64,000 nt of DNA, from positions 54,405 through 118,404 of the forward strand of contig JBBPZV010000043.1 in assembly GCA_038198775.1 (NCBI GenBank), read 5' to 3'. The position numbers and the translations under genes were made by a program. The notes under the pieces are model-generated. The model was given only the letters and a program-made list of their open reading frames with translations, did no database searches and was not told the DNA's origin. This DNA is from Propionibacteriales bacterium (GTDB taxonomy: Bacteria > Actinomycetota > Actinomycetes > Propionibacteriales > Nocardioidaceae). Within the stretch, counting starts at the first letter, position 1, and every line of letters begins with the position of its first letter. This document shows positions 53,904 through 63,439 of this stretch, in pieces.

Positions 53904-55403
53904 ATGGGGCGGCGCCAGGTGCGCGGGTCGGCCCTGCTGCTCGTCGGCCGGGGCCTCTCCATGGTCCTCGGGCTGGCGACGCAGGTGCTCATCGTCCGCT
54001 CGCTGTCGAAGGGGGACTACGGCGCGTTCGCGTACGCCCTGGCGCTGTCGAGTGCGGGCTCGACGATCCTCAGCCTGGGACAGGGAAAGCTGCTCAGCCG
54101 CTTCATGGCGATGTACGACGAGCAGAAGGACTACGCCCGGATGTTCGGGGCGATGTTCCTCGCGATCGGGACGATCCTGATCACCAGTGTCCTCGGCATC
54201 GGCGCGATGTTCCTATTCCGGGGCGCTCTGATCGGGTCGGCGGTGGACAGCTCGACGGCGATGACCATGGTGCTGATCTTGGTGTTCTTGTCACCGCTCG
54301 AGGCGCTGGACCTGGTCTTCGTCGCGCTGTTCGCGGTCTTCAGCAAGCCCCGGGCGATCTTCTTCCGCAAGTTCCTGCTCGCGCCGGGCCTGCGACTGAC
54401 CGTCGTCCTGCTCCTGATAGCCACCGGCGCCAGCGTGACCTTCCTCGCGGTTGGCTACCTGGTGGCGTCGGTGCTCGGGGTATCGCTGTACATCGGCCTG
54501 CTCATCAAGATGCTGCGGGACCGGGACCTGCTCCAGCACTTCTCGCTGCGCCGTGTCATCCTCCCGTACCGGGCGGTGTTCGCCTTCTCCTTCCCGCTGA
54601 TCACCGGCGAGCTGGCGCTGCTCTCGCTCAACGTGGGTGGCGTGCTCGTGCTCGGCGCATCCCACTCGGTGGTGGAGGTCGCGAACTACCGAGCGGTCTT
54701 CAACTCCGCCCGGCTCAACACCGCCGTCACCGGTTCCTTCGCCACTTTGTTCCTCCCGGTGATCGCCCGCTTGTACGAGCGGTCCGACATCGACGGGCTG
54801 CGCCGCACGTACTGGCACACGGCGCTGTTCGCCGCCGTGCTCACCTTCCCGATCTTCGCCCTCACCGCTCCGATGGCTCCGGAGACGACAGTCCTGCTGT
54901 TCGGTGCCCGCTACTCGGAGTCGGCGACGGTGCTGGGCCTGCTGGCGCTCGGGTACTACCTCAACGTGATCGTCGGCTTCAACGCGTACACGCTGCAGGT
55001 CTGCGGTCGCATCCGATACCTGGTCTGGGTCAACATGTCGGTCATCGCGCTCAACATCGCGCTGAGCATCCTGCTGGCCCCTCGGTTCGCCGCCGCCGGC
55101 GTCGCCGGAGCCAACTGCATTGCGCTGGTCACGCAGAACCTGCTCAACCAGTGGGCGCTTCGCTCCAGCATGCAGACCGCGCTGATCGACCGGGCGTACT
55201 GGCGCCCGTACCTGCTCATCCTCGGGCTCGCGCTGGCGCTGTGGGGGTTCCAGCTGGTGGTCCACCCCGGTCTCGTCGTGACCCTGGTTGTGGTGGCGGC
55301 GGCGTCGGCGTACCTGCTGCTCGCGACCCGGCGCAACCTGGAGCTCGCGGAGACCTTCCCCGAGCTCCGGCGCCTGCCGCTGCTGGGACGGCTCGTCGGC
55401 TAG
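53904..55403 (+). CDS. Polysaccharide/oligosaccharide flippase (MOP superfamily, Wzx-like)
   Basis: About 12-14 TMS. SALLLVGRGLSMVLGLATQVLIVRSLSKGDYGAFAYAL. The start is uncertain (in-frame candidates at 53712, 53799, 53859 and 53904). Confidence 0.75.
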   Translation: MGRRQVRGSALLLVGRGLSMVLGLATQVLIVRSLSKGDYGAFAYALALSSAGSTILSLGQGKLLSRFMAMYDEQKDYARMFGAMFLAIGTILITSVLGIGAMFLFRGALIGSAVDSSTAMTMVLILVFLSPLEALDLVFVALFAVFSKPRAIFFRKFLLAPGLRLTVVLLLIATGASVTFLAVGYLVASVLGVSLYIGLLIKMLRDRDLLQHFSLRRVILPYRAVFAFSFPLITGELALLSLNVGGVLVLGASHSVVEVANYRAVFNSARLNTAVTGSFATLFLPVIARLYERSDIDGLRRTYWHTALFAAVLTFPIFALTAPMAPETTVLLFGARYSESATVLGLLALGYYLNVIVGFNAYTLQVCGRIRYLVWVNMSVIALNIALSILLAPRFAAAGVAGANCIALVTQNLLNQWALRSSMQTALIDRAYWRPYLLILGLALALWGFQLVVHPGLVVTLVVVAAASAYLLLATRRNLELAETFPELRRLPLLGRLVG

Positions 55404-56359
55404 CCGACGACCCCTAGCCAGGCGGGCAGGTCCCGGTAGCCGTGCGCGAGCAGGGCATCTCGGGTTTCGCGGTTCGAGGGTCGGTAGACGTCCTCCAGGT
55501 GGCGGCGGACCTCCGGCTCGAGGCGTTCGGACATCCGGCCCGAGTTCACGCGTTGGTACACGCGGCGCAGCCGGTCGCGTACGGCGGGGGGGAGCAGGTT
55601 CCTTCGGTCCGCTGACCGCTTCACCGCGTAAGCCACGCCGGCGATCCTGGTGCTGCGCGCGTAGTTCGTCTTGTTGCGGCGCGCCAGGTCGAGCTGCGGG
55701 AGGACGTCGGTGTCTATCCCCAGCCACCCGAATACCGCGGCCATCACCGGCGCCGGGTCCGCCGCCAGCTGCTCGGTGAAGACGATCCTGAGGTCCGCGC
55801 CGAACGCGTCGAGCCAGTGCCCCACATAGTTGGAGTAGAAGCCGATGTAGAGCCCGTGCAGATGGTCCCTCGGCACCAGGTCCGCGGCCTCCCGCCTGGT
55901 CCGTTCGCACACCGCGACGTACTCCTCGAACGTCTTCAGGTGGGTGAGGTTTCCCAGCTCCCGCTGGAACGTGTACGCCGACCAGAGGCGGTCCACCGGG
56001 TCGCGCAGCGCGAGGATGACCTTTGGTTGCGGCAGCACGCGCTGGATCGCCTGGATCACCGGCGTGCCACCGTAGGAGTAAGTCGGCGTCGCCTCGAACC
56101 GGTAGCGCTGCGGCCCGCAATGGGCGAAGTGCTCCGCGTACGTCTCGATCGGCGGGGGTTCTCCGCTGTGACGCAGCGGGTTGAAGTAGTTGAAGTATCC
56201 CACTTCCTTCTCGTCCGAACCGCAGATCTCGGGGTGCTGGGTGAGGTACGCGAACAACGACCCCGTCCCGGCCTTCGGGACGCCCACCACCAGCAGGTTC
56301 GGCAGTCGACCGGCGGCCACTCGGCCCTCCTCCAGGTGCTCGGCGCGGGCATCGGCCAA
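55400..56359 (-). CDS. Sulfotransferase (PAPS-dependent, Sulfotransfer_1-like)
   Basis: LPNLLVVGVPKAGTGSLFAYL (5'-PSB loop PKxGT), with RDPVDRLWSAY (3'-PB) downstream. Its stop shares a CTAG with the flippase stop. Confidence 0.75.
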   Translation of the reverse strand: MADARAEHLEEGRVAAGRLPNLLVVGVPKAGTGSLFAYLTQHPEICGSDEKEVGYFNYFNPLRHSGEPPPIETYAEHFAHCGPQRYRFEATPTYSYGGTPVIQAIQRVLPQPKVILALRDPVDRLWSAYTFQRELGNLTHLKTFEEYVAVCERTRREAADLVPRDHLHGLYIGFYSNYVGHWLDAFGADLRIVFTEQLAADPAPVMAAVFGWLGIDTDVLPQLDLARRNKTNYARSTRIAGVAYAVKRSADRRNLLPPAVRDRLRRVYQRVNSGRMSERLEPEVRRHLEDVYRPSNRETRDALLAHGYRDLPAWLGVVG

Positions 56360-56660
56360 AGCTGTCCGACCCTATCCTGCGGGGACCGGTCCGGGACCGG
56401 ATTCGCCACCCGAGGTAGGCCCTCGTCGACGTCGCCTCGGCACCGGCTTCCAGACCGGTCTGAGTGCGCAGTGTGACCTGGTATGTACCCAAAGTTGTAA
56501 CACTGGTAACACCCCCGGTTCGTGTGTCATTCTGCCGGAGTGACCACTTGTCTCGGGGAGTGGGCCGACATGGCAAGCCCCGCTCGCCAGGTTCCGCGTT
56601 GAACGTCCGCTGGCAACACACCGAGACACCTCGAAAGCCGAGATCTCTTGGAGGATCCAA

Positions 56661-57338
56661 ATGATGCTTACCAGCCTGGGCACCATCGCAGCGGCAGCGC
56701 TCGTGGTGGCGACGCCGGCCGCGCCCACCACTGCGTACGCCCTGCAACAGCCCACCTGCCGCGGGCAACAGGTGACCATCATGGGCACCGATGGGCCTGA
56801 CGTGATCCTCGGCACCCGGGGCAAGGACGTGATCGCCGGCCTGGGCGGCAGCGACGTGATCAAGGGCAGGCGCGGGCCCGACGTCATCTGCGGCGACGGC
56901 GGGAACGACCGGATCCGCGGCGGGCAGGGCCGTGACCTCATCAACGGGTCACGGGGGAACGACCGGATCCGCGGCGGACGAAACGGAGACATCGTTCGCG
57001 GGGGGCTCGGCAACGACACCATTCGCGGCGGCCAACGAGGTGACCGGATCTCCGGAGGGCCCGGCCGCGACACGCTTCTCGGCGGCAGGGGCGGCGACCG
57101 GGTGGCGGGCGGGATCCGGACCGACAACCTGTCCGGTGGCAGGGGCAACGACTTCATCTACGGCAGCGGGGGCAAGGACATCCTGCGCGGTGGGCCGGGC
57201 GCGGACCACATGCTCGGCGGCAACGGCGACGACAACCTCGACGGCCTGGACGGGGCGAGCACCGATGTGCTCAACGGTGGGGCGGGGACCGACCTGTGCA
57301 GCGCCGACCCCGGCGACACGCTGAAGAACTGCCCCTAG
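56661..57338 (+). CDS. Secreted hemolysin-type Ca-binding-repeat protein
   Basis: Signal peptide MMLTSLGTIAAAALVVATPAAPTTAYA. Contiguous GGxGxDxIx repeats. C-terminus GAGTDLCSADPGDTLKNCP. GGAGGA RBS. Confidence 0.75.
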   Translation: MMLTSLGTIAAAALVVATPAAPTTAYALQQPTCRGQQVTIMGTDGPDVILGTRGKDVIAGLGGSDVIKGRRGPDVICGDGGNDRIRGGQGRDLINGSRGNDRIRGGRNGDIVRGGLGNDTIRGGQRGDRISGGPGRDTLLGGRGGDRVAGGIRTDNLSGGRGNDFIYGSGGKDILRGGPGADHMLGGNGDDNLDGLDGASTDVLNGGAGTDLCSADPGDTLKNCP

Positions 57339-57410
57339 CAGACCGGGAGGATCGAACGTGCGGCCCACCGCGACCGCGATGCTGAGCGGTTCCTCTGAAG
57401 GGGAGCGCCC

Positions 57411-58172
57411 ATGACCCGAGCCGGATCGTCTCGTCGTCTCGCGTTTGTGGGTCTGGTCAGCGTGTCTCTGGCGGCCGTTTTCGTCGGTGGCCCGGCCGAT
57501 GCGGGGCTCAGGACCCACACCTGCTTCGGTCAGGCGCTCACGCAGCCGGCCGGGACGTCGGCCGATGACACCTTCTTGACCACGGACGGCCAGCAGGACG
57601 TGATCTACGGGGGCGGCGGAAACGACACGATCGTCAGCCTCGGCGAAGATGGCGTCGCCGACCAGGTGCCGGACTACCTGTGTGGCGGCCCCGGCGCGGA
57701 CTACATCCGCGGCCACGACGGCCCGGACCTGATCCGGGGAGGCGCCGGCGCAGATGTCGTCGAAGGGTGGCGCGGTACGGACCTCGTCCAAGGAAACCGG
57801 GGCGCCGACAAGGTGTCCGACGACTCCATCTACTCCAACGACGCGGCGAACGACACGCTGCGCGGGGGCGCCGGTCACGACACCGTCCTCGGCGGCTGGG
57901 GCGCCGATGTCCTGTACGGCGGCCGGGGGCCGGACCGCCTCTTCGACCAGGAGTGCGACGGGCCCACTGTGGTGCATGGCGGCCTCGGCGCCGACTACAT
58001 GGACTCGTACCGATCGAGCTACGAGGGGTGGACGACGTCGTACTGCGACGACCGGTCCGGCGCGACTCCCGACCACCTGACCGGCGGCAAGGGCAGGGAC
58101 CGGGCCCGGGCCAGTCTCGCCGACGTGGTGCACAAGGTGGAGTCCCTGCACCGGATTCGCGGCGTCAACTAG
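57411..58172 (+). CDS. Secreted hemolysin-type Ca-binding-repeat protein (paralog)
   Basis: Signal peptide, then GGGGNDTIV..GGPGADYIRGHDGPDLIRGGAGADVV... repeats. The C-terminus differs from the other two paralogs. Confidence 0.7.
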   Translation: MTRAGSSRRLAFVGLVSVSLAAVFVGGPADAGLRTHTCFGQALTQPAGTSADDTFLTTDGQQDVIYGGGGNDTIVSLGEDGVADQVPDYLCGGPGADYIRGHDGPDLIRGGAGADVVEGWRGTDLVQGNRGADKVSDDSIYSNDAANDTLRGGAGHDTVLGGWGADVLYGGRGPDRLFDQECDGPTVVHGGLGADYMDSYRSSYEGWTTSYCDDRSGATPDHLTGGKGRDRARASLADVVHKVESLHRIRGVN

Positions 58173-59211
58173 CCCGACCGCTCGGAGGGCTCCCGGGTCG
58201 CTTGTTGGCGGCAGGGTGGGCGCGGCGGCCGGCAGCGCTGAGCGCACCCGACCAGAACCCCAGTCCCCAGCCGCAGTGCATCGCGGCGAACGCCGGAGCC
58301 GTGAGCAGCCGTTCGCGTCGGCTGTCCAGCCGGCGGCCCACCTGGGCCGAGGCTGCCCCGACCGCCGCCAGGTAGACCCCGAATAGGCCCGCCGCAAACC
58401 CCGGTGAGCGTCGTGCCGTGAGCGCCGCCCCCGCCAGGTAGGCGATCAATGTCGGCGGCGCGAGATGGCGTGGGCTCAGCGACTCCGGGTGCAACAATGC
58501 CACGTCGAGCTTCCCCCGGCCGTAGCGCAGGTACTGCCGGAAGAGGTCCGGGATCGATTGCCGGCAGTACCACTCGATGCACATGTTGGGGTCGAACAGC
58601 AGCCGGGCACCGCCTCGGCGCAAGCGGTAGTCCAGCTCGTAGTCCTCGTTGGCCACCAGGCGCTCGTCCCACCCGCCGAAGCGCCGCAGCAGCTCCACCG
58701 GATAGGCACCGAAGGGGATGTGGTCGACCTCGGACGGCCGGGTGCCGTGGTGGTAGGTGGAGTTCCCGACGCCGAATCGGCTGCCCATCGCGACCGCGAT
58801 GGCTCGGCCGGCGGGCGTCACGCCCACTCCGTCCTTGCGCCCCCCGACACCACCCCACCGCTCCTCCTGCAACCGCTCCAGCGCGACGCTCACGTACGAC
58901 CGCGGCACGACCGAGTGGGCGTCCACCCGAACCAACCACCGGCCTACGGCCCGGGCCAGACCCAGGTTCATCGACACCGGGATGGACCGCCGGGGGTTGT
59001 GTAGCAGCTCCACCCGGCCGTCGTCGGCGCGGTGCTTGGCGACGATCTCGGCGGTGGCGTCGGTCGAGTTCCCGTCGACCACGATGATCTGCAGGTCGGC
59101 ATGGGACTGCGCCCGCAAGGAGTCCAGGCACCTGCCTATGAACTGCTCCTCGTTGAGGGCCGGCACCACCACGCTGACGAGCTCGCCGCTGGCGGGGCGC
59201 GGCACGGCCAT
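58165..59211 (-). CDS. Glycosyltransferase family 2 with a C-terminal membrane segment
   Basis: ATG at 59211 after GGAAAGGAAGGGG. VSVVVPALNEEQFIGRCLDSLRAQ...IIVVDGNSTD...VRVDAH...NEDYEL. Confidence 0.85.
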   Translation of the reverse strand: MAVPRPASGELVSVVVPALNEEQFIGRCLDSLRAQSHADLQIIVVDGNSTDATAEIVAKHRADDGRVELLHNPRRSIPVSMNLGLARAVGRWLVRVDAHSVVPRSYVSVALERLQEERWGGVGGRKDGVGVTPAGRAIAVAMGSRFGVGNSTYHHGTRPSEVDHIPFGAYPVELLRRFGGWDERLVANEDYELDYRLRRGGARLLFDPNMCIEWYCRQSIPDLFRQYLRYGRGKLDVALLHPESLSPRHLAPPTLIAYLAGAALTARRSPGFAAGLFGVYLAAVGAASAQVGRRLDSRRERLLTAPAFAAMHCGWGLGFWSGALSAAGRRAHPAANKRPGSPPSGRAS

Positions 59212-59423
59212 GGCCCCTTCCTTTCCGTCCTCGAGAGGCCCCGATCCTAGCGGGACTAGGGAGGCAGGCCGAAGGCGCGCGCATCCCCCCTTCGGCGGGC
59301 AGGCGCATCCCCCGTTCGCGCGACGACCCCCGCCGTGCGGTCGAATACCCCCGGAATCGCTTGCATGTCCCACCCGTCACGTGGGCAGACTCAGCCACTG
59401 TCATCTACGGAGAGTGGCTTAAT

Positions 59424-60791
59424 ATGTACACACCGTCACATCGTGCATCTCGGGAACGAGTGCGGGGTCGCCACGTTGCAGAGCCAATCACAGCCGAGGC
59501 GGACGCCGGACGGCGCTGCTTCCTCAAGTCGGGTCTCACGGTCGCCACGATCGGAGCTACCGGACTCTGGCTGGCCGAGCCGGCCGCCGCTGCAGGCAAC
59601 GGTTTCCGGATCAGCCTGGACAAGCGCAGCTATCAAGCCGGTGAAGTCGCCCGGGTCGTCATCCACGAGGGCGTCGACTTCAAACGGCGCATGCTGGTCT
59701 CCGGTCCCAATGGGCTCGCCTGGCACAAGGTCGGCGGCGGCCGGAACCAATCGGTGTTCGCCGCCCGGGTCCAGGACAGCGGAACGATCACCGTTCAGCT
59801 GCAGGACCGAATCACCGGCGTCATCCAGGACACCGCAACCCTCAGCCTCGACGTCCAGGCCGGCTCAGGCCGAAACCCGAGCGGCGCTGCGCCGTTCGTG
59901 GCGTACGAGGCCGGGTCGTTCTTCAAGTCCCAGGTGCTCGGAGCCCCGGTGGACAACGCCGCGACCACCGCCTTCCGCAGCTTCATGAAGTCGCATCCCG
60001 ACCAGCGCGCGGTCCCGTTCCCCACCATCCGCGGCACGAACGGAAACGCCTGGGGCATGCCTTTCGCGATGTCGGGAACCGCAGACCCGCAATGGCGGCT
60101 CACCGGCAGCGTGCCGTCGCCGGTCTCGAAGCTGGCCAGCGAGGGCTTCGCCGCGCCGGACTGGTTCGATCAGGTGCTCACCGGGACCAGCGACTCGCCC
60201 ATGGTCATCCTCGATCGCAAGTCCGGGCGGAGCATCTGGGCGGCGAACGCGAAGAAGGCCGGGACAAGGGTAATCTCGGTCAGTGCGGCCGGCTACTTCG
60301 ACCATGCGTCCAACGGGCTGGACCAGCGCAACCCGCGCTCGGACAACTCGGCCAACTTCCGCTCCCGTGGCGCGATCCCAGATGCCATGGTCATCCGCAA
60401 GGACCTGGTCGACTACGCCATCCAGACCGGCGGCGACCTCGGGCACGTGCTGCACATGATGTTCGTCGAGACGAACAGTGCCGCCGGCTTCTGCCACCCC
60501 ATGGTGGGCGCCGAGCACGGCAAGTCCGGATTCGGCGCCGAGGGCCTGCGGATCGCGATCGCCCCGGACGTGGACGTTACGGCCCGGGGGATGACCCCGG
60601 AGGGCGTCGTTCTCGCCCGCACCCTGCAGCGCCACGGCTGCTACCTCGGCGACAACTCGGGCTCCGGCTCGGGGCTGAAGGCCGAGCAGGAGAGCCCCGG
60701 GCGCAACGTCTGGGGCGGTCGGATGCCAACCACGGTGCTGAGCGGCATCCGGTGGGACGACTTCGTCGTGCTGCCTAAGGGCTGGCAGTAG
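59424..60791 (+). CDS. Tat-signal secreted protein of unknown function
   Basis: RRCFLKSGLTVATIGATGLWLAEPAAAAG is a twin-arginine-type leader. No family was recognised for the ~420-aa mature part. Confidence 0.6.
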   Translation: MYTPSHRASRERVRGRHVAEPITAEADAGRRCFLKSGLTVATIGATGLWLAEPAAAAGNGFRISLDKRSYQAGEVARVVIHEGVDFKRRMLVSGPNGLAWHKVGGGRNQSVFAARVQDSGTITVQLQDRITGVIQDTATLSLDVQAGSGRNPSGAAPFVAYEAGSFFKSQVLGAPVDNAATTAFRSFMKSHPDQRAVPFPTIRGTNGNAWGMPFAMSGTADPQWRLTGSVPSPVSKLASEGFAAPDWFDQVLTGTSDSPMVILDRKSGRSIWAANAKKAGTRVISVSAAGYFDHASNGLDQRNPRSDNSANFRSRGAIPDAMVIRKDLVDYAIQTGGDLGHVLHMMFVETNSAAGFCHPMVGAEHGKSGFGAEGLRIAIAPDVDVTARGMTPEGVVLARTLQRHGCYLGDNSGSGSGLKAEQESPGRNVWGGRMPTTVLSGIRWDDFVVLPKGWQ

Positions 60792-60849
60792 GAGCCGAAA
60801 CCTGACCGGTTGGCCCGTGCGAGCGGCCGACGGCCGGTAGCGTGACGCC

Positions 60850-61587
60850 ATGGGCTGGCAGCGTGCGGCGGACCGGGTCCGCCACCACGCTCGCCGGCCC
60901 GTGGCGCGCACGCCCTACCTGTGGGACGCGGCGATGTACGTCCGGCCGGGCAAGCGCGCCACGCTGGCCGGGCCGGGGACCGCGATCGTCATCGACGGCT
61001 TCCTGCGGTCTGGTAACACCTTCAGCGTGGCCGCGTTCGCGGTCGCCAACGGCGCAGACGTCCCGGTCGGCCGCCACCTGCACGGGGCTCCGCACATCCT
61101 GCGGGCGGTGCGTCTCGGCCTGCCGACGGTGGTGCTCATCCGCCACCCGGGGGAGGCGGTCCCGTCGTACCTGGTGCGGAGGCCGACGCTGACCCCGAGC
61201 GACGCCCTCACCGAGTACGAGGACTTCTACCGCACGGCGTGGCGGGTCCGCGACGACTTCGTCGTCGGGCTGTTCGAGGACGTCGTGAGCAACTTCGGCA
61301 ACGTCATCGAACGTGTCAACGACCGCTTCTCCACCGCGTTCGTCCCCTACCAGCCCACCCCGGCGAACGAGGCGGCCGCGTTCGCGCTGGTCGAGGAGAT
61401 GAACCGCAAGGAGTGCCGCGGGGAGGTCGTCGAGACCCACGTCGGCCGGCCCTCGCAGGCCCGCGCCGAGCGCACCGCCGAGATCAAGCAGGCGCTGAGC
61501 CAACCGCGCACGGCTGAGCGGGTGCGGCGGGCCGAGGAGCTGTACTCCGACTACGCCCGGCTCTCGCAGCGAGCGGCGCAGCCATGA
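60850..61587 (+). CDS. Hypothetical protein, possibly a sulfotransferase-like P-loop fold
   Basis: AIVIDGFLRSGNTF resembles the RSGST 5'-PSB loop of Sulfotransfer_3-type enzymes. It is the first gene of a four-gene string with 4-nt overlaps. Confidence 0.35.
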   Translation: MGWQRAADRVRHHARRPVARTPYLWDAAMYVRPGKRATLAGPGTAIVIDGFLRSGNTFSVAAFAVANGADVPVGRHLHGAPHILRAVRLGLPTVVLIRHPGEAVPSYLVRRPTLTPSDALTEYEDFYRTAWRVRDDFVVGLFEDVVSNFGNVIERVNDRFSTAFVPYQPTPANEAAAFALVEEMNRKECRGEVVETHVGRPSQARAERTAEIKQALSQPRTAERVRRAEELYSDYARLSQRAAQP

Positions 61588-62666
61588 GCCGGGTCCTTCT
61601 GGTCGGCAAGGGCGCGCCGGACCGCGGCGGGATCCCGACGTTCCTGCACATCCTGCAGCGCAGCGAGCTCGCCCGCCGCCACCAGCTCGAGTTCCTCAAC
61701 GTGGCGCACACCAGCACCCCGGAGGGCGGGAAGGCCTCCGCGTCCAACGTTGGGCGCACTCTCCACGACGCGGCCAGGGTGTGGCGGCACGCGAAGAGCC
61801 ACGACATCGTCCACATCCACACCGCGCTCGCGCCGACCGTCACCGTGCTGCGCGCCGCCCTGCTGGCCTTCGCGGCACGGCTGCGCGGCTGCGCGGTCAT
61901 CGTGCACGCCCATGGCAGCGAGCTGGAGTCCTGGCTGAGCGGCGGATTTCGCAGGCGGGTGCTGCGGCTGGCCATGGCCCCCGCGCACCGGATTGCCGCC
62001 TGCTGGAGCAACGGGGAGCAGCTCCTCGGTGAGGCGCTGGGCCACGACCGGGTGCAGCTGGTCGACAACGGCGTCGAGGTGCCCGACCAGCCCCCGGCCC
62101 GCGAGGAGCACCAGCCGCCACGCATCCTGTACGTCGGGCTGCTGACCGCCCGGAAGGGGGTGCTGGACCTGCTGGAGGCGTCCCGGCTGCTTCGAGCCAA
62201 CGGCGTCGACCACGAGCTCTGGCTCGTCGGCGGCACGCCGGACGAGGGACCGGAGGCGGAGCTACCGGTGCGCGAGGCCGCGGCAGGTACGGCGACCCTG
62301 CTCGGCCGGCGGCCACCTGAGGAGATGGCCGCCGCGTACGCCGCCGTCGACGTGTTCTGCCTGCCTTCGTGGTACGAGGCGATGCCGCTGTCGGTGCTGG
62401 AAGCGATGGCGTACGGCTTGCCGGTGGTCGCCAGCGATGTCGGCGACGTCTGTCGCGCGGTTGAGGACGGGGCCACGGGGTTCGTCACCCCGGCCCGGTG
62501 CCCCCACCCGATGGCGGTGGCCTTCGAAAAACTGCTAGGCGACGCCGAGCGGCGCCGGCGGATGGGAGCGGCAGGGCGCGAACGCGTACAGGAGCACTTC
62601 TCGAGCACCGCCACCGCGCGCGCCGTCGCCGACCTCTACGACTCCGTCCTGCAGGACTCGCGGTGA
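61584..62666 (+). CDS. Glycosyltransferase family 4
   Basis: VLLVGKGAPDRGGIPTFL... and a C-terminal PSWYEAMPLSVLEAMAYGLPVVASDVGDV. Confidence 0.85.
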   Translation: MSRVLLVGKGAPDRGGIPTFLHILQRSELARRHQLEFLNVAHTSTPEGGKASASNVGRTLHDAARVWRHAKSHDIVHIHTALAPTVTVLRAALLAFAARLRGCAVIVHAHGSELESWLSGGFRRRVLRLAMAPAHRIAACWSNGEQLLGEALGHDRVQLVDNGVEVPDQPPAREEHQPPRILYVGLLTARKGVLDLLEASRLLRANGVDHELWLVGGTPDEGPEAELPVREAAAGTATLLGRRPPEEMAAAYAAVDVFCLPSWYEAMPLSVLEAMAYGLPVVASDVGDVCRAVEDGATGFVTPARCPHPMAVAFEKLLGDAERRRRMGAAGRERVQEHFSSTATARAVADLYDSVLQDSR

Positions 62667-63439
62667 CGATCTTGTGCTACCACTCGGTCGAGCCCGAGTG
62701 GGAGTCCCCGCTCGCCGTCCGACCCGGTGACTTCGCGGCCCACTGCGCCTGGCTCGCCCGGCACCGAGACGTCCTGCCGCTGGGAGCGGCGATCGAGCGG
62801 CTCGACCGGTCGGGTCACCTTCCTCGTGGTGAGGCTGCACTGACCCTCGATGACGGGTTCGCGGCGCTCCACGAGCACGCGCTGCCGGTCCTCACCCGTC
62901 ACCGCCTCCCGGCCACGGTCTTCCTGGTGGCGCAGACGCTGGCGCCGCAGGGCCAGCCGGTCGACTGGGTCCGGACGGCGCCACCGTGGCCGTTGCGGAC
63001 CCTCACGGTGGACCAGGTGCGCGAGATGCAGTCGGCCGGGGTGGACTTCCAGTCCCACAGCTGGGCCCACCGCGACCTGCCCGACCTGGACCCGGACGCC
63101 TGTGTCGAGGACCTGCGGAGCAGCCGGGAGCTGCTGGAGGACCTGCTCGGCGGGCCGGTCCGCCTCCTCGCCTATCCCCGCGGGCTTCACGACGACCGGG
63201 TGCGCAGTGCCGCGTCCCGGGCCGGCTACACCCATGCCCTGGCGCTGCCGGAAGGGCCGGAACCGGCCGGTCGCTATGCGATCCCGCGGGTGGGCGTCTA
63301 CCGCGGAAACGGTCTGGTGAGCCTGCGGGCCAAGGCTTCCCGACGGTACCTGGCGGTGCGCACCGGGCGGGCCCACGCGCTGGCCAGGCGTGGTCGACTG
63401 GCGATGCGCGGCGCTCACCCGCGACAATCGGCACCATGA
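62663..63439 (+). CDS. Polysaccharide deacetylase (NodB/CE4 type)
   Basis: GTGA overlap start. ILCYHSV...ALTLDDGFAALHEHALPVL..LPATVFLV...HSWAH. Confidence 0.8.
   Translation: MTILCYHSVEPEWESPLAVRPGDFAAHCAWLARHRDVLPLGAAIERLDRSGHLPRGEAALTLDDGFAALHEHALPVLTRHRLPATVFLVAQTLAPQGQPVDWVRTAPPWPLRTLTVDQVREMQSAGVDFQSHSWAHRDLPDLDPDACVEDLRSSRELLEDLLGGPVRLLAYPRGLHDDRVRSAASRAGYTHALALPEGPEPAGRYAIPRVGVYRGNGLVSLRAKASRRYLAVRTGRAHALARRGRLAMRGAHPRQSAP

Noticed and set aside
56661-58172. The periodic repeats in the Ca-binding-repeat genes as a CRISPR array or non-coding tandem repeat.
   Set aside because: The periodicity is the 27-nt (9-codon) coding repeat of GGxGxD motifs inside intact ORFs with signal peptides. 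There are no direct repeats with unique spacers and no cas genes.
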